Source: the human T2T-CHM13v2.0 reference genome, Homo sapiens
Direction: 5' to 3' (one strand)
DNA length: 64,000 bases
Assembly: GCF_009914755.1 (NCBI RefSeq)
Contig: NC_060938.1
The position numbers and the translations under genes are program-made. Shown here piece after piece: positions 1 to 12,068 of the stretch; the stretch's first letter is position 1; each line of letters begins with the position of its first letter. A model generated the notes under the pieces. That model was not told the DNA's origin. It did not search any database and saw nothing but the letters and a program-made list of their open reading frames with translations.

Positions 1-1726
1 TTAGATTTTAGAAGCCATTCTTACTGTTACACACGGAATTTATGATTTCATCTATTACATATGGTATCATGGGTTCAAGGCTCCCAAATCCTAGTTTTAC
101 TAATTCCAGTTAGAATTTATAAGTGAATAAAGAAATTAGAGCCATATTTTTACTTTTCTTTTGTTTTAATAAATTAACCAGTCAGTGTCAACAGGAAGTA
201 GCTGGTAGGACAAATGCTATTTTTTATGTCTCTTTGGTGACTGGAGGATGTTGGTGGCTCTTGGCTTTTGGCTGATAAGGTCAAATGCAGGCCAGTGGTC
301 ATAAGGAGAACCAGGAGCAAAGTGTAGATGGATCAGTGACAGTTCATCAACTCCCATCCCATTAGATGGGTCAGTCATGTTATCTTAATTTACAAAAGAC
401 AACTTGTTACTATCATTACTAATCAATAAGAAGCAGACTTAAATGCCTTGGAATCATGTTTTCAAACAATAATTAGAAATTAATGTAAAATATGGCCAGT
501 GTTAAAATGGCCAACCCAGGCAAAGAACATACATTTAATTAATCTATAGAAATATGCATGCCTTTGGGGACCAGTTGTTAAATTTGTGACCTAATAACTA
601 GAATAAAGTTTGATATAGAAAAAACATGTCTCTGTCTAGTGACCTTATCTTGCCTTAGCAGAGGGTGTGCTTAGTGATTCCCTGAGTCTTTCCTGTGGTC
701 TTATTTTATGAAAAACCATAGAAGCCATACGAAGCGAAGGCTTTTCTGGGATATGTGCATAAAACAGTACTTTAAAGCTAACCTTTAAGGTAATTGCACC
801 AAGTAGTACTTTCTTATAACACCATTTAGTAGCAGAACGTGCCTGGATAATTCTAGGGTAGTAAGACCTCTGGGACACCAGCCACTTAGAGAAGATAACA
901 GGTATAGTTTTTTGTTTTTTAGGGTTTTTTTTCCAATGCCCAAGCAGAGGCCACTACACCCAGGGATCAAGGTTATGGGATGAGGATTATATTTTATCCC
1001 GTTTCTATGACATTGAGCTCTACACCAGGGCTCTTGAATGTAAGGCTTAGTTTCAGATCACAGGCCTGGAAGGGGGTCAGGTCAAGCTGAGCAGACCTTC
1101 AAGCCGATTAACCCAAGAGCTGAATTGTGTTGTCTGAGGGAAGGAGTCCTCCCTGGCTGATTATTTTCTTTACACCCTGGAAACTTTGCAAAATTTTATA
1201 ACCAAGAAAGAAATCTTATCAGGGCCACAAGCCAAGTTAATTTTCTTGCTTATTCTGCTTCAGTGTTTGCAAAAACTCTCTTAAGAAGCTGGAAAACATT
1301 TTCTTTTGGACTAATTTAGCTTTTTTTCCATTTGACTTTTATTTACTCTTTTCCTACTCTGCTTCAATCCTGCCCCACCCTTTTTGCAACATTTTTATTC
1401 TTACCAAAGACATGTTCTTAGAGTAGAATTAAAATGGCCTCTCCTACTTTTTGTAGTTGTTGTTGTTTTAAACCATCGAAAATATGTTTTGGTCTACCCC
1501 GTGCATGGTATGGGGATATAAAGAAGTAGAAGACTAGTTCCTGCCCTCGAGGTCCAAACAAACTAATACTGAGGTACTGTTACAAGGCAGTGTTTGATTT
1601 GTTGTCTAATGAGTGGTTAAAACAGTAACTGCTTTGACTCTAAAGGAAGGTAACATCATCAGAGGCATATTAAGTCTTTTCAGGAAAAGGTGAGACTTGA
1701 GTATTACCTTAAAATCAGTGATTCTC

Positions 1727-2233
<507 letters not shown>

Positions 2234-2383
2234 CCTTAAATAATAGATAAGATTCAGGTAGTCAGAAAGGGGAGGTGCTGGGGTAGAGTGAGCTGCAGCT
2301 GAAGAACAAACAGGAGGATAGGCTGCATCGTCAGAGGACACAGGCTGGGTTTTGCCTTGTAACAAGAGCAGAGGGTTTGGGCA

Positions 2384-2680
2384 CTCATTCATTTGACAAA
2401 CCTTTATTTAATCACCTCTTCTCTGCTAGTCACTGTGTAACTAGTTGCGCTGGAGATTCAAGAAAACAAAAACAGGTAAGAGATGGTTGATACCCTCTGG
2501 TTGTTCACAGTCTACTTGAGGAAACAGATAAGCATGTAAACCGGACTTGCAGTAAGAGCACAGTGAATGAAGTAAGTCTAGAGGAGATGGGGGGTCCTGG
2601 CACTAAGGAAGGTTCTCTAGCGATGAATGAGGCAGAGCATGAGGCAGAGAGGAGTGGCCGAGGCCTTCACTTGGGAAACT
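2384..2680 (-). mobile_element. L2 LINE 3' fragment (degenerate)
   Basis: ctcattcatttgacaaacctttatttaatcacct...ctgtg resembles the reverse complement of the L2 3' terminus. Confidence 0.55.
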
Positions 2681-5064
2681 CTTGCTATTACAAAGTGCCT
2701 TCTAGCGAGGGCTGGAAAAGCTAGAGTAAGGCTGGTTATACTTGAAAGAAGGAAGAAAAACTCGATAAAAATATTCACATTTATACAATTTCTCCTCAAA
2801 TCCTCATGAAGTCTGGTCTTACAAACTACAAATGGGATTATATAAATTTTCAAGTGCCCTAGAAAGAGTAATGAAGTAAATGAATCCTGACTAAGCCTCA
2901 CACCCCCTTGATGAAATAAATATTATGACTCTCTTATTTCAACAAATTGGAAAGAGGTCTTTTTTTCATATAGGAGGTTTATTTAAATGAACTTTCTAAT
3001 AATATTTTCATTTCTATTTAGGAGGCACCCTGAAATTATGGGATGCTTGAGGGGCGAGCCTGAAGTACCTAGTAAATTGTTGACAGAACCAATATCACTC
3101 AAGCTGCTGATCCACACTTGAATCTGTAGGCTTTTCTCAAAGTCCTAGTTTTGCATCTTAGAAGTATTGCATCTTGGAAGTATTTCTTTGCATCTTGGAA
3201 ATATTCAATGTTTCCTTTCTGGTGATAGGATTCTCAGTGTCCATTTTATATTTTCGAAGACTCAAATATCATCACTGTGAAGACTTCCCTGACACCAGCT
3301 GTGATCCGTCCCTCTTCCCTCTGGCCCACACTTGCACCTGGCCCTTGTCTCTATTCTTAGACTTCTGAGCCCTGAATTATGAGCCCCTTGAGGTCTATAA
3401 CTGAATTTATCTGCATACCCTCAAATGTAAGGGCAGTGCTTGACACTTACACAGTAGATACATTTATTTTGAAAGAGAGAGAGAAAGCAAGAAAAAGAAA
3501 TGCACTCCCTGTAGCTACTCGTGAACCCAGTCTGAAGGACGAAGGACTGCTTATTTAGAATCATTCTTCCGCATAGAAATTGAGTTTTACAATTTAACCA
3601 TTCCTTTAAAATGTTAGTAATTGTCGGTTTAAAATGTTAGCATCAAACCTTGACAATTATAAGCAGATACTTAAATAGAAATACTGTAAGAATACTGAAG
3701 ATAGGAATACTTTTTGCAGAACCAGCCTGCTGTAGTCTATGGGAGGATGGGAGTCAGGCTTCCCCTGGAATCTTATGGGATAGCCTTTGTGTAAGCAAGC
3801 CAGAACCCTAAACACAGACCCAGGCTGAGGGAGAGAAGGGTTCTGCAGCTGCTTTCAGGGACCAGATAGCATGAGGAGGGTAGGAAATCTTTGTTGCTAT
3901 CTTCTACAAGTCTTAACTTCTCCTCTCTGTGGTTGGACAGGCTTAATGAAAGACTGAATAACCAAAGAAAAGTTGATAAATTTTTTTTCCCAGATAAGCT
4001 AAAGGGTAGATGTGGGGCAGCATGTCAGGCTTATATTCATATTCACCCAAAGAAAGATATCGAGGATGATGTTTTACCTGATGTAAGTCATAGTTGTATA
4101 TCTCCCTACTCCTAGATTCCTCCAAAGAAGGATTCAGGCTTAGTTGCCCTAACTCAAAAGGAACCTCTCTCCCTTGGTGGCATGGTTCCAGGTCGCTGTA
4201 CTTGTTCTCTTGTTTTCTACTCCAGCTCACCTGCTGTTTTTAGGCAAGGAGGATTATGTGAGTATGTGTGTGTGTGACTAGATCCCGCCAGAGGAGAAGT
4301 TCGGCTGTGCTGCAGGGGTAGATGAAAACTCTTTTTAAGCATAAATACCTATAGAAATAGCAAAGGGAACATAAAATCCAGTCAAGTACATTATCTTGGG
4401 TATAAATGTCTCCTCCCTTTCCAGAGCTGCTCAAGTGTGAAATCCAAGCCCCTGCCCACACTCTTGCAACAGAAGTGCTCTAACAGGTATTAAGTGGATT
4501 GGGGAAATAAATAAAAGGGGAACCCAGAATGGTGGCATTAAAAGAATCCCTTTTTTCAGGCAATGTATTGGCACTAGGCACTAGGCAAATGTATTAAAAT
4601 CTGAGGAAATCCTACGGAAAGTGTGTGGTCCCAGTGAATGAATACAATGAGCTGCTACTCACAGTGCAGGGACTGAGAAAGGGCAACACAGACACCCAAG
4701 TGGTCATCTCCCATTTCCATCTCCACATTTGAGATAAGAATACCTGTATCTTTCCTACCACCCACAAACAAACAAGCAAACCATGGGACTCCCTTTGAAA
4801 AAAGTCAATATATCCAAGAAATCACTGTTTCTGAATGAGCTCAAGTAGAGAGAACTTTCTCTTAAGAGGGTTCCGTTGGAAATTGCCAGCTGAAAATACA
4901 CAGGTACAATGACTCCCACGCTGGAGATGAAGGGTCCCCTTTCCCATGCTTTGACCACGATAGACCGTGTACCTTTGCTAAGGTGGAGAGTCAGTCTTTC
5001 CTAGGAGATTTTGAGCCAAATAAAATAAAAACAAAACACGGGTGAGAGAACCACCATGATGTTT

Positions 5065-5108
5065 TAAAAGGCGAAAGATTTACGCGATTTGAAGAGAAAC
5101 CAGAGTAT
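5065..5108 (-). pseudogene. 3'-truncated (tailless) U5 snRNA retrocopy, nt 1-44
   Basis: Minus strand reads ATACTCTGGTTTCTCTTCAAATCGCGTAAATCTTTCGCCTTTTA, 42/44 identical to the U5 5' end as I recall it; flanked by direct repeat accaccatgatgtttt(aaa) at 5050-5065(68) and 5109-5124(27). Confidence 0.93.
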
Positions 5109-5919
5109 ACCACCATGATGTTTTAAACATCATTTTTTATCAAATATAGTTACAAAATTAACCGTTACCACCATTTCAAAAAGGTAAAGGCACTTTAACA
5201 CCAAAAAGTAGAAAGGACATATCTAGAAGGAAGAATACATGTATTGATATATTTAAACTGAAAACATTTCTTTTTATGGCAGACTTAGCACATGTCCTTA
5301 CTTCTCTCTTTGAGGCGCATGAGCTCTGACCATCACAGGACAAATGACTGGTCCTCTTACAGAGCATGTAGGTGGTTTACCCTTTAATGAGCCACTCATT
5401 TCACTAGCATTTTATCACCTCTGTTGTTCTCCTCCAGCTCTGACTTATTTTATTTTTATATGCTGTTTGTCTGGTACCAATTCCCCTTGTGCAGTGACCC
5501 TGCCTGCTCTAACTTGCTAAGTAAACTAGGCCAAATACCTGGGCAGGAGATTTCTAGAGAAATCTGAGCAGTTGCAGGAAGTAGAAGAGACACAGGGCTT
5601 TGGAACCAAATTGAAGACCCTGTTGTCTGGCTTGGGAAGAAAAATATTTTCAGTTGGGAAACAACATCGGAAACAGCTATGAGATCTCTTGGACAAGGCG
5701 CTGCCCTGAAAGTCAAGGACCTTGAAATTTATTTGGCTCATTTGAGAATGAAGATTGGACAGGATGTTTTATTTTAGCCTTAGCTGGTTAGCTGTGAGTG
5801 AGAAGAAAATGGGCAACCTCATTGGCTAGGGAAAGTAAAAAGGAAAGAAGGGTTCAATACCTGCCTAAACTATGAACTGATTTACAAATGAATCAGCACT
5901 TTCACTAGAACAAAAAGCA

Positions 5920-6290
5920 TTTAGAATATGACAGTGCCCATCTGAGATACAGTCTAGAGATCATCTTCTCCAGTGAGTCTCAAGTACAGTAAATTTAAAA
6001 ATCCCAGGTGTTTGTGAACAATGAAGATCCCAGGCCCCATCCCCAGTGCTGTATTCAGTGAGGGCAGTGCCAAGCCTAGGATCTGCGGTTTTTAGCAAGC
6101 ACTTTGGGTGATTCTTACATGGGTGTTCTTCAGTTTCATACTCCATTCTAGCCCCTTTGTTTTACAGATGGCGGTAAGCAATTGATATTAACTAATTTAT
6201 TCAGGGTCACACAACTAGTAGGTAGCAGAAATGGAACAGAAATTCAATTCTTTCAATTCTGAATGTGTTGCTATTTTCACTTTACTCTGG
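5920..6290 (-). mobile_element. MIR interrupted by a MER5-type DNA transposon (~5970-6140)
   Basis: MIR-like ttttacagatg...cagggtcacacaactagtaggtagcagaaatgg; MER5-like gatcccaggccccatcccc...atctgcggtttttagcaagcac...gtgattctt. Confidence 0.55.
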
Positions 6291-6969
6291 TGACTTTTAG
6301 TAGATAGATTCTAGGCAAAAAAGTCCCCAAACCCAATCAAATTATTGGGTTTGCAGGTGATATATTTATATCTCTCATGACTTTCAGTGGTTTATAAAGA
6401 GCTCCTAAAGAACTGTGCAGGAAAAAAAAAAAAATTTAAGCACCATCTCACCCCACATTGCAATCAATTACAAGATAAAAGTCATCTTTTAAATTCTTGA
6501 ACCCAAATCTGAATATGTGGCTTTTTCCAAGTTAAACTTCACAGTGAGCATGAACTCCCCAGTCAAGTGACTTTCCTTATAGACAACATCCTGCCACAGG
6601 GCTGGCTATGCTACCGCTCTCCTACAGACAGCCATTTGTGCTCATGGACATCTCCCTTAAATCCTGGCTTCCTAGTCCCCATCTTCATAGGCTAAAGGTG
6701 TGTAATGGGAGAACCAACTTTGTCTGATCTTGCGAGCATGGGAGCTTTTTGGTTATCACATTTTTGAGTCAGTCAATCTTTATTTTGAAAAAGCAGGGCA
6801 GGACAGAGGGAGGAAGAGAGGCTGAGGGCAGGCAGCAGCCTGTGTGGGAACCCATTTCCTGCCATCCTAGGGTCCCATAGTTGATAATGGACAACATCCT
6901 TGCTTGGTTCTTGTGCACCAGGTGATACTAATTTAAATTCCTCTTTATTTTCTAGTGATGGAAAGGAGT

Positions 6970-7196
6970 TAGCCTTTACTGAGTACCTATGAGTTTGCAG
7001 GGATCATTTTTGACCCTTTGTGTTTTATTTCCATCAATTCCTCCAATAACCCTTCAGCATAGATCTGATCATCTCTATTTTTACAAATAGAAGAACTTAG
7101 CTGATAACATAAATAACTCATATTCAGTGATAGCATCAATATTTGAAACCAAGTTTGTATAGTTCCAGACCCTCAGTTCTTTTTCCTGTACCATGT
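6970..7196 (-). mobile_element. MIR SINE
   Basis: tttactgagtacctatg...ctattttacaaatagaagaact...atttgaaaccaagtttgtatagttccaga matches antisense MIR. Confidence 0.6.
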
Positions 7197-7221
7197 GCTC
7201 TGAGATGTAAGATGGTGGTTG

Positions 7222-7873
7222 TGTTACCGGAAAGGGATCTCAATCCAGACCCCAAGAGAGGGTTCTTGGACCTCATGCAAGAAAGAATTTGGGGTGAGTC
7301 CATAAAGAGTCTACTTTGTGCCAGAGTTCATAAAGTGAAAGCAAGTTTATTAAGAAAGTAAAGGAATAAAGTATGGCTACTCCACAGCACAGCAACCCCA
7401 AGAGCTGCTGGCTCGCTATTTTTATGGGTTTTTTTTTTATTATATGCTAAACAAGAAGTGGATTATTCATGAGTTTTCCTGTAAAGAGGTGGGCAATTCC
7501 CAGAACTGGGCGTTCCTCCCCTTTTTAGACCATATACGGTAACTTCCTGATGTTGTCATGCCATTTGTAAACTGTCATGATGTTGGTGGGAGTGTCTTTT
7601 AACATGCTAATGCATTATAATTAGCGTATAATGAGCAGTGAGGACACCAGAGATCATGTTCATCATCATCTTGGATTGGTGGGCTTTGGCCAACTTCTTT
7701 ACTGCAACCTGCTTTATCAGCAATGTCTTTGTGACCTGTATCTTTTCTGACCTCCTATCTCATGCTGTGACTTGGAATGCCTAACCTCCTGGGAATACAG
7801 ACCAATAGGTCTCAGCCTTATTTTTACAGCTTGTTTTCAAGACGGAGTCACTCTGGTTCAAATGCCTCTGACA
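7222..7873 (-). mobile_element. MER41 (MER41B-type) ERV1 solo LTR
   Basis: Minus strand begins TGTCAGAGGCATTTGAACCAGAGTGACTCC and ends ...CCAAGAACCCTCTCTTGGGGTCTGGATTGAGATCCCTTTCCGGTAACA (MER41 termini, TG...CA); 4-bp TSD gttg/gtta; contains the GAS-bearing segment that distinguishes MER41B from MER41A. Confidence 0.9.
7476..7505. promoter_or_regulatory. Tandem GAS (STAT1) motifs in MER41 LTR
   Basis: TTCCTGTAA at 7476-7484 (variant GAS) and TTCCCAGAA at 7497-7505 (canonical TTCN3GAA), at the known MER41B GAS position; function is inferred. Confidence 0.6.
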
Positions 7874-8472
7874 GTTATCACTGTTTTAATTTAGGAATAA
7901 AATGAGGTGCTAGAAAAGGAGGCCTTGACTTGGTGATGATTCCGCTGGGTTGCAATGAATGGTCCTTATTATCTTCCTCTCTGACTTTCCTGAACGATGA
8001 TTAGACCTAGAATGTCATTTGGTTTACCTGTAAAACTTAGTGAGTTATGTATTAGGATAGCCCCTCCCACCCTGGGGCAGGAACATGAAAGCAGTGAGAT
8101 GAGGAGCTTCTTCTTGCTTTTTTTCTCTTGCTCTAGGCATTATTTGACTTTGAAATACTCCTGGCATTTTCCTGTGATTCTGAAGTGCCCCTTCCTCTGC
8201 TTGTGTGTGTGAGATTTGAAAGCTTATCACACATGTGGCTAAAGCAGGTCCAGCTTGGAGCATTCGTCTTCTGGCTGCTGTTGCTGGGGGAGTATCCCTG
8301 CTGTGAGATGCTACGCCGCCTGAGCCTGTGGCCTCTGCTTATCTCCTGGGGTGGCTGTGGCTGTGAGGTGCACAGCATGGTACAATGCTAGTTTTCATTT
8401 CAAGTCCTTTCTTGATGTCACTGATGGGTGCAATGAGTGGAGTGGGGGGACCTCAGGCCCTTCCAAATTCTT

Positions 8473-9235
8473 TCTTTTTTGTTGTTGTTATTTAGTTTTT
8501 ATTTCATAATCATAAACTTAACTCTGCAATCCATCTAGGCATGGGAGGGAACAAGGAAAACATGGAACCCAAAGGGAACTGCAGCGAGAGCACAAAGATT
8601 CTAGGATACTGCGAGCAAACGGGGTGGAGGGGTGCTCTCCTGAGCTACGGAAGGAATGGTCTGGTGGTTAAGATAAAACACAAGTCAAACTTATTCGAGT
8701 TGTCCACAGTCAGCAATGGTGATCTTCTTGCTGGTCTTGCCATTCCTGGACCCAAAGCACTCCATGCCTCCACAATATTCGTGCCTTCTTTCACTTTGCC
8801 AAAGAGCACGTGCTTGCCATCCAACCACTCACTCTTGGCAGTGCAGATGAAAAACTGGGAACCATTTGTGTTGGGTCCAGCATTTGCCATGGACAAGATG
8901 CCAGGACCTGTATGCTTTAGGATGAAGTTCTCATCTTCAAATTTCTCCGTGTAGATGGACTTGCCACCAGTGCCATTATGGTGACTTCACAGTCACCACC
9001 CTGACACATAAACCCTGGAATAATTCTGTGAAAGCAGGAAACCTTATAACCAAATCCTTTCTCTCCAGTGCTCGGAGCACGAAAATTTTCTGCTGTCTTT
9101 GGGATCTTGTCTGCAAACAGCTCGAAGGAGACATGGCCCAAGGGCTCGCTGTCGACGGCAAATTCAAAGAACATGGTGGGGTTGACCATGGCTAATAGTA
9201 CACGGTTTTCCTCAGCGGTGGCGTCCGCAGAGCAC
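8473..9235 (-). pseudogene. PPIA: Processed cyclophilin A (PPIA) pseudogene, frameshifted
   Basis: ATG at 9189 gives [49 protein letters not shown] (58/66 identical to PPIA by my comparison); second frame [20 protein letters not shown]; intronless; 5' and 3' UTR present; stop at 8691-8693; AATAAA near 8500; poly(A) remnant; TSD ccaaattctt at 8463-8472 and 9236-9245; frameshifts near 8985 and 8765. Confidence 0.97.
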
Positions 9236-9273
9236 CCAAATTCTTAATAGCTTATAAAATTAGGGGTAGAGGA

Positions 9274-9568
9274 GGTTGGGTGCGGCGGCTCACGCCTGTA
9301 ATCCCAGCACTTTGGGAGGCCGAGGCAGGTGGATCACGAGGTCAGGAGTTTGAGCCCAGCCTGGCCAAGGTGGTGAAACCCCGTCTCTACTAAAAATACA
9401 AAAATTAGCCAAGTATGGTGGCAGACACCTGTAATCCCAGCTACTTGGGAGGCTGAGGCAGGGAATTGCTTGAACCCGGGAGGTGGAAGTTGCAGTGAGC
9501 CAAGATCGCACCACTGCACTCCAGCCTGGGTGACATGGCGAGTCTCCATCTCAAAAAAAAAAAAAAAA
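9274..9568 (+). mobile_element. AluSg-like SINE
   Basis: Full Alu with ggatcacgaggtcaggagttt; TSD aaaattaggggtagagga at 9256-9273 and 9569-9586. Confidence 0.97.
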
Positions 9569-10359
9569 AAAATTAGGGGTAGAGGAATGGGAAGCAGACA
9601 AAAGGTTTACATTGTGGAGGTTTGAGGAGAAATGAATCAAATAAGTCTCTAGCATTCTGTTTGACTTTATGTTAGTCTGATTATGTTACCATAACATTTT
9701 ATGATATGCTACACATTATCTGATGGGTGATTAATTTTCAAATGTAATACAAATCATTGAGCTTTCCTGATTTCTGCCGCTGTAAATAATTTGGAATTTT
9801 CAGTTACTGCAAAGTTGACATAGTCACTCCTTCCTTCCTGTAACCTTCACCTTACCTTGTTGTCCCCTCCCTGCCCCCAAGCTTCCCTGGATTTTTAAAT
9901 CAGCCAGTGGCTCCTGGCAACTGTCTTAGAATGCTTGAAGCCGAGGTTTTTTTTCACTGAGGGTCTCTTTCTAGAAGTTTCTCTTCTTACCTTGGCAGAG
10001 CTTAAGAGTTCTTGCATCTCAGACAAAGACTGTGTGTGCTTGACTGTTGGACATTCATTTTATTGTTACAAAGGGACCATGATTTTGAGAACACCTTTGG
10101 AGAGCCCAGCTCCCATGGTTGTATCCCACTGCCCATTTTCTGAATCCTCAACTCAGAATTGGCAATGAAAGAGTGAACTGGGATTATGATCTGTGATTCT
10201 CTAACAGAATTCTCTGAGAGTCAAACTCCAGAAAGAGGCTCATCTTTACAAACCTTAAAGAATTAGAGCTAAGGCACCTGGTATGTCTGGGAGGGATTGA
10301 AAACAATCCCCCCAAAGCCCCAGCGGCCCTGGCTCTCTGGTTGCTATGCTGAGTTGATT

Positions 10360-10555
10360 CATCCATTTATTGAGAGTCTACTTTGTGCCAGTTATTCTGC
10401 TAAGTGCTTTGTGGGCATTTTCTTTTTCAAGCCTCACGAAAACTCTGAGGTGGGTATTACTAGATATACTTTACAATTGGAGCACATTGAACGTTATGGA
10501 GTTTGAAAATTTTGCTCTAAATCACATGGTTCTAAGGGGCAAAGCCAGAACTTTC
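10360..10555 (-). mobile_element. MIR SINE
   Basis: catttattgagagtctactttgtgccagttattctgctaagtgcttt...cctcacgaaaactctgaggtgggtattact matches antisense MIR. Confidence 0.65.
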
Positions 10556-11770
10556 CTTTTCCTTTGCCTCTCCCTCCCCCATCACATACATACACTCCCT
10601 CTTTTATATCCCTAGGTTCTTAACCTTTATTCTACAATGAGTACCATGTTCATGTAAGATTATTCATGCATGTTACTTGGAATTAATTGCAGAACAATTT
10701 TTTTTCAACCCCTGTGGTGTGGTCACCTTCAATACTTATACTTGGTGGAATACTCCCTTCAAAGAGTGGAATGATCCATTGCTTTGAGAGAGCTTTTTCG
10801 ATCTCTGTTAAGTAATGATTAGTTATTTCCTTATAACTGTGTGGCTCTGTGTGGCAACAGAACACTTTTGAGGAAGAATAAACTCTACAGGACATGGTCT
10901 TCTGAATCTCACCATTCAATCAGGGGAAGTTCTGGTTCTTCTTCTCTGTTCCAAGTACTAGCCTTTCCAGCCAGCACCTTTTCTGTGCTCTGGGTTTGGC
11001 TTCAGTGTTCTGTCATTTATCGTCAAAGAAGAAAGAGAAGTCTCTGTGGCATCTTGCCCACAGTGGGGACGGACCTGTGCTCACCTCTCTCCTCCAGTAA
11101 GAACCTAAGGGCCCAGGAGGTATAGTGGTGCCTCCCATAGATACTTCCCTTCCCTCATGGATGATACAGAATGACATATAAATGATATCTATTTCTTCAT
11201 TTTTTTCCTTGCAAAGTCACTTTTCCACATACTAATCCATTTCACGGTTTATCTTTAAATCCTTTCTCAGTTGTCTATTCTTCTCTGAAAGTATTATCCC
11301 AGCATCCTAATGAAGATTCCATCAATGTCTAGTAAAATGACAAAACTCTCTAGCAGTACTATGTTTTGTTTTTGGTTTTGGTTTGTTTGTTTTGTTTTTA
11401 CTGGTGCCTCTTTATAATAAAAAGATTTGGTGGCTCCAGCACAGCTTCTAACCCTTCAACAGCTGTGCCTATACCAAGCTGTTCTCTCTTATTTGTAACT
11501 ATTTATGCAGTGTTCTCTCCAGATATACTGTTCCATACTGACCTGCATTGGAATGTTAGGCTCTTCTTTGTGACTGATCTCTATTTCCTACTTGTGACTC
11601 CATTCTGACACTACCTTTGCCTTTTTATACCATCCTCCCTACTTTTCTCATGTAGATTTGCTAAAAGATCCCCATGACTCCAAGATCCCTGTAACTGGCT
11701 CTGCTGAGTCTGTCAGCATTTGATCCCTTTGACTTGAGGAGGCCAGTCCTTCTCAGGAACCACCTGTAAT

Positions 11771-12068
11771 TTCTTTTTTTTCCTTAGAGACAGGGTCTTG
11801 CTGTGTCGCCCAGGCTGGAATACAGTGGCATGATCATAACTCACTGCAGCCTTGAACTCCTGAGCTCAAGCAATTCTTCCACCTTAGCCTCCCAAGTAGC
11901 TTGGACTACAGGCACATACCACCACACCTGGCTATTTTTAAAATTTTATGTAGAGATGGGGTCTTGCTGTGTTGCCCAGGCTGGGCTTGAATTCCTGGTT
12001 TCATGTAATCCTCCTGCCTCAGTCATCCAAAGGGCTGAGATTACAGGCATGAGCCACAGCACCTGGCC
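11771..12068 (-). mobile_element. AluJ SINE
   Basis: gagacagggtcttgct...gatcataactcactgcagccttgaactcctgagctcaagc are AluJ diagnostics; diverged copy. Confidence 0.93.

Noticed and set aside
8541-8954. 137-aa plus-strand ORF
   Set aside because: Antisense shadow of the PPIA retrocopy; no independent coding evidence
8917-9189. 90-aa cyclophilin-like ORF as a functional retrogene
   Set aside because: Frameshifts after residue 66 and near the C-terminus remove about half of the domain; no promoter or CpG island seen
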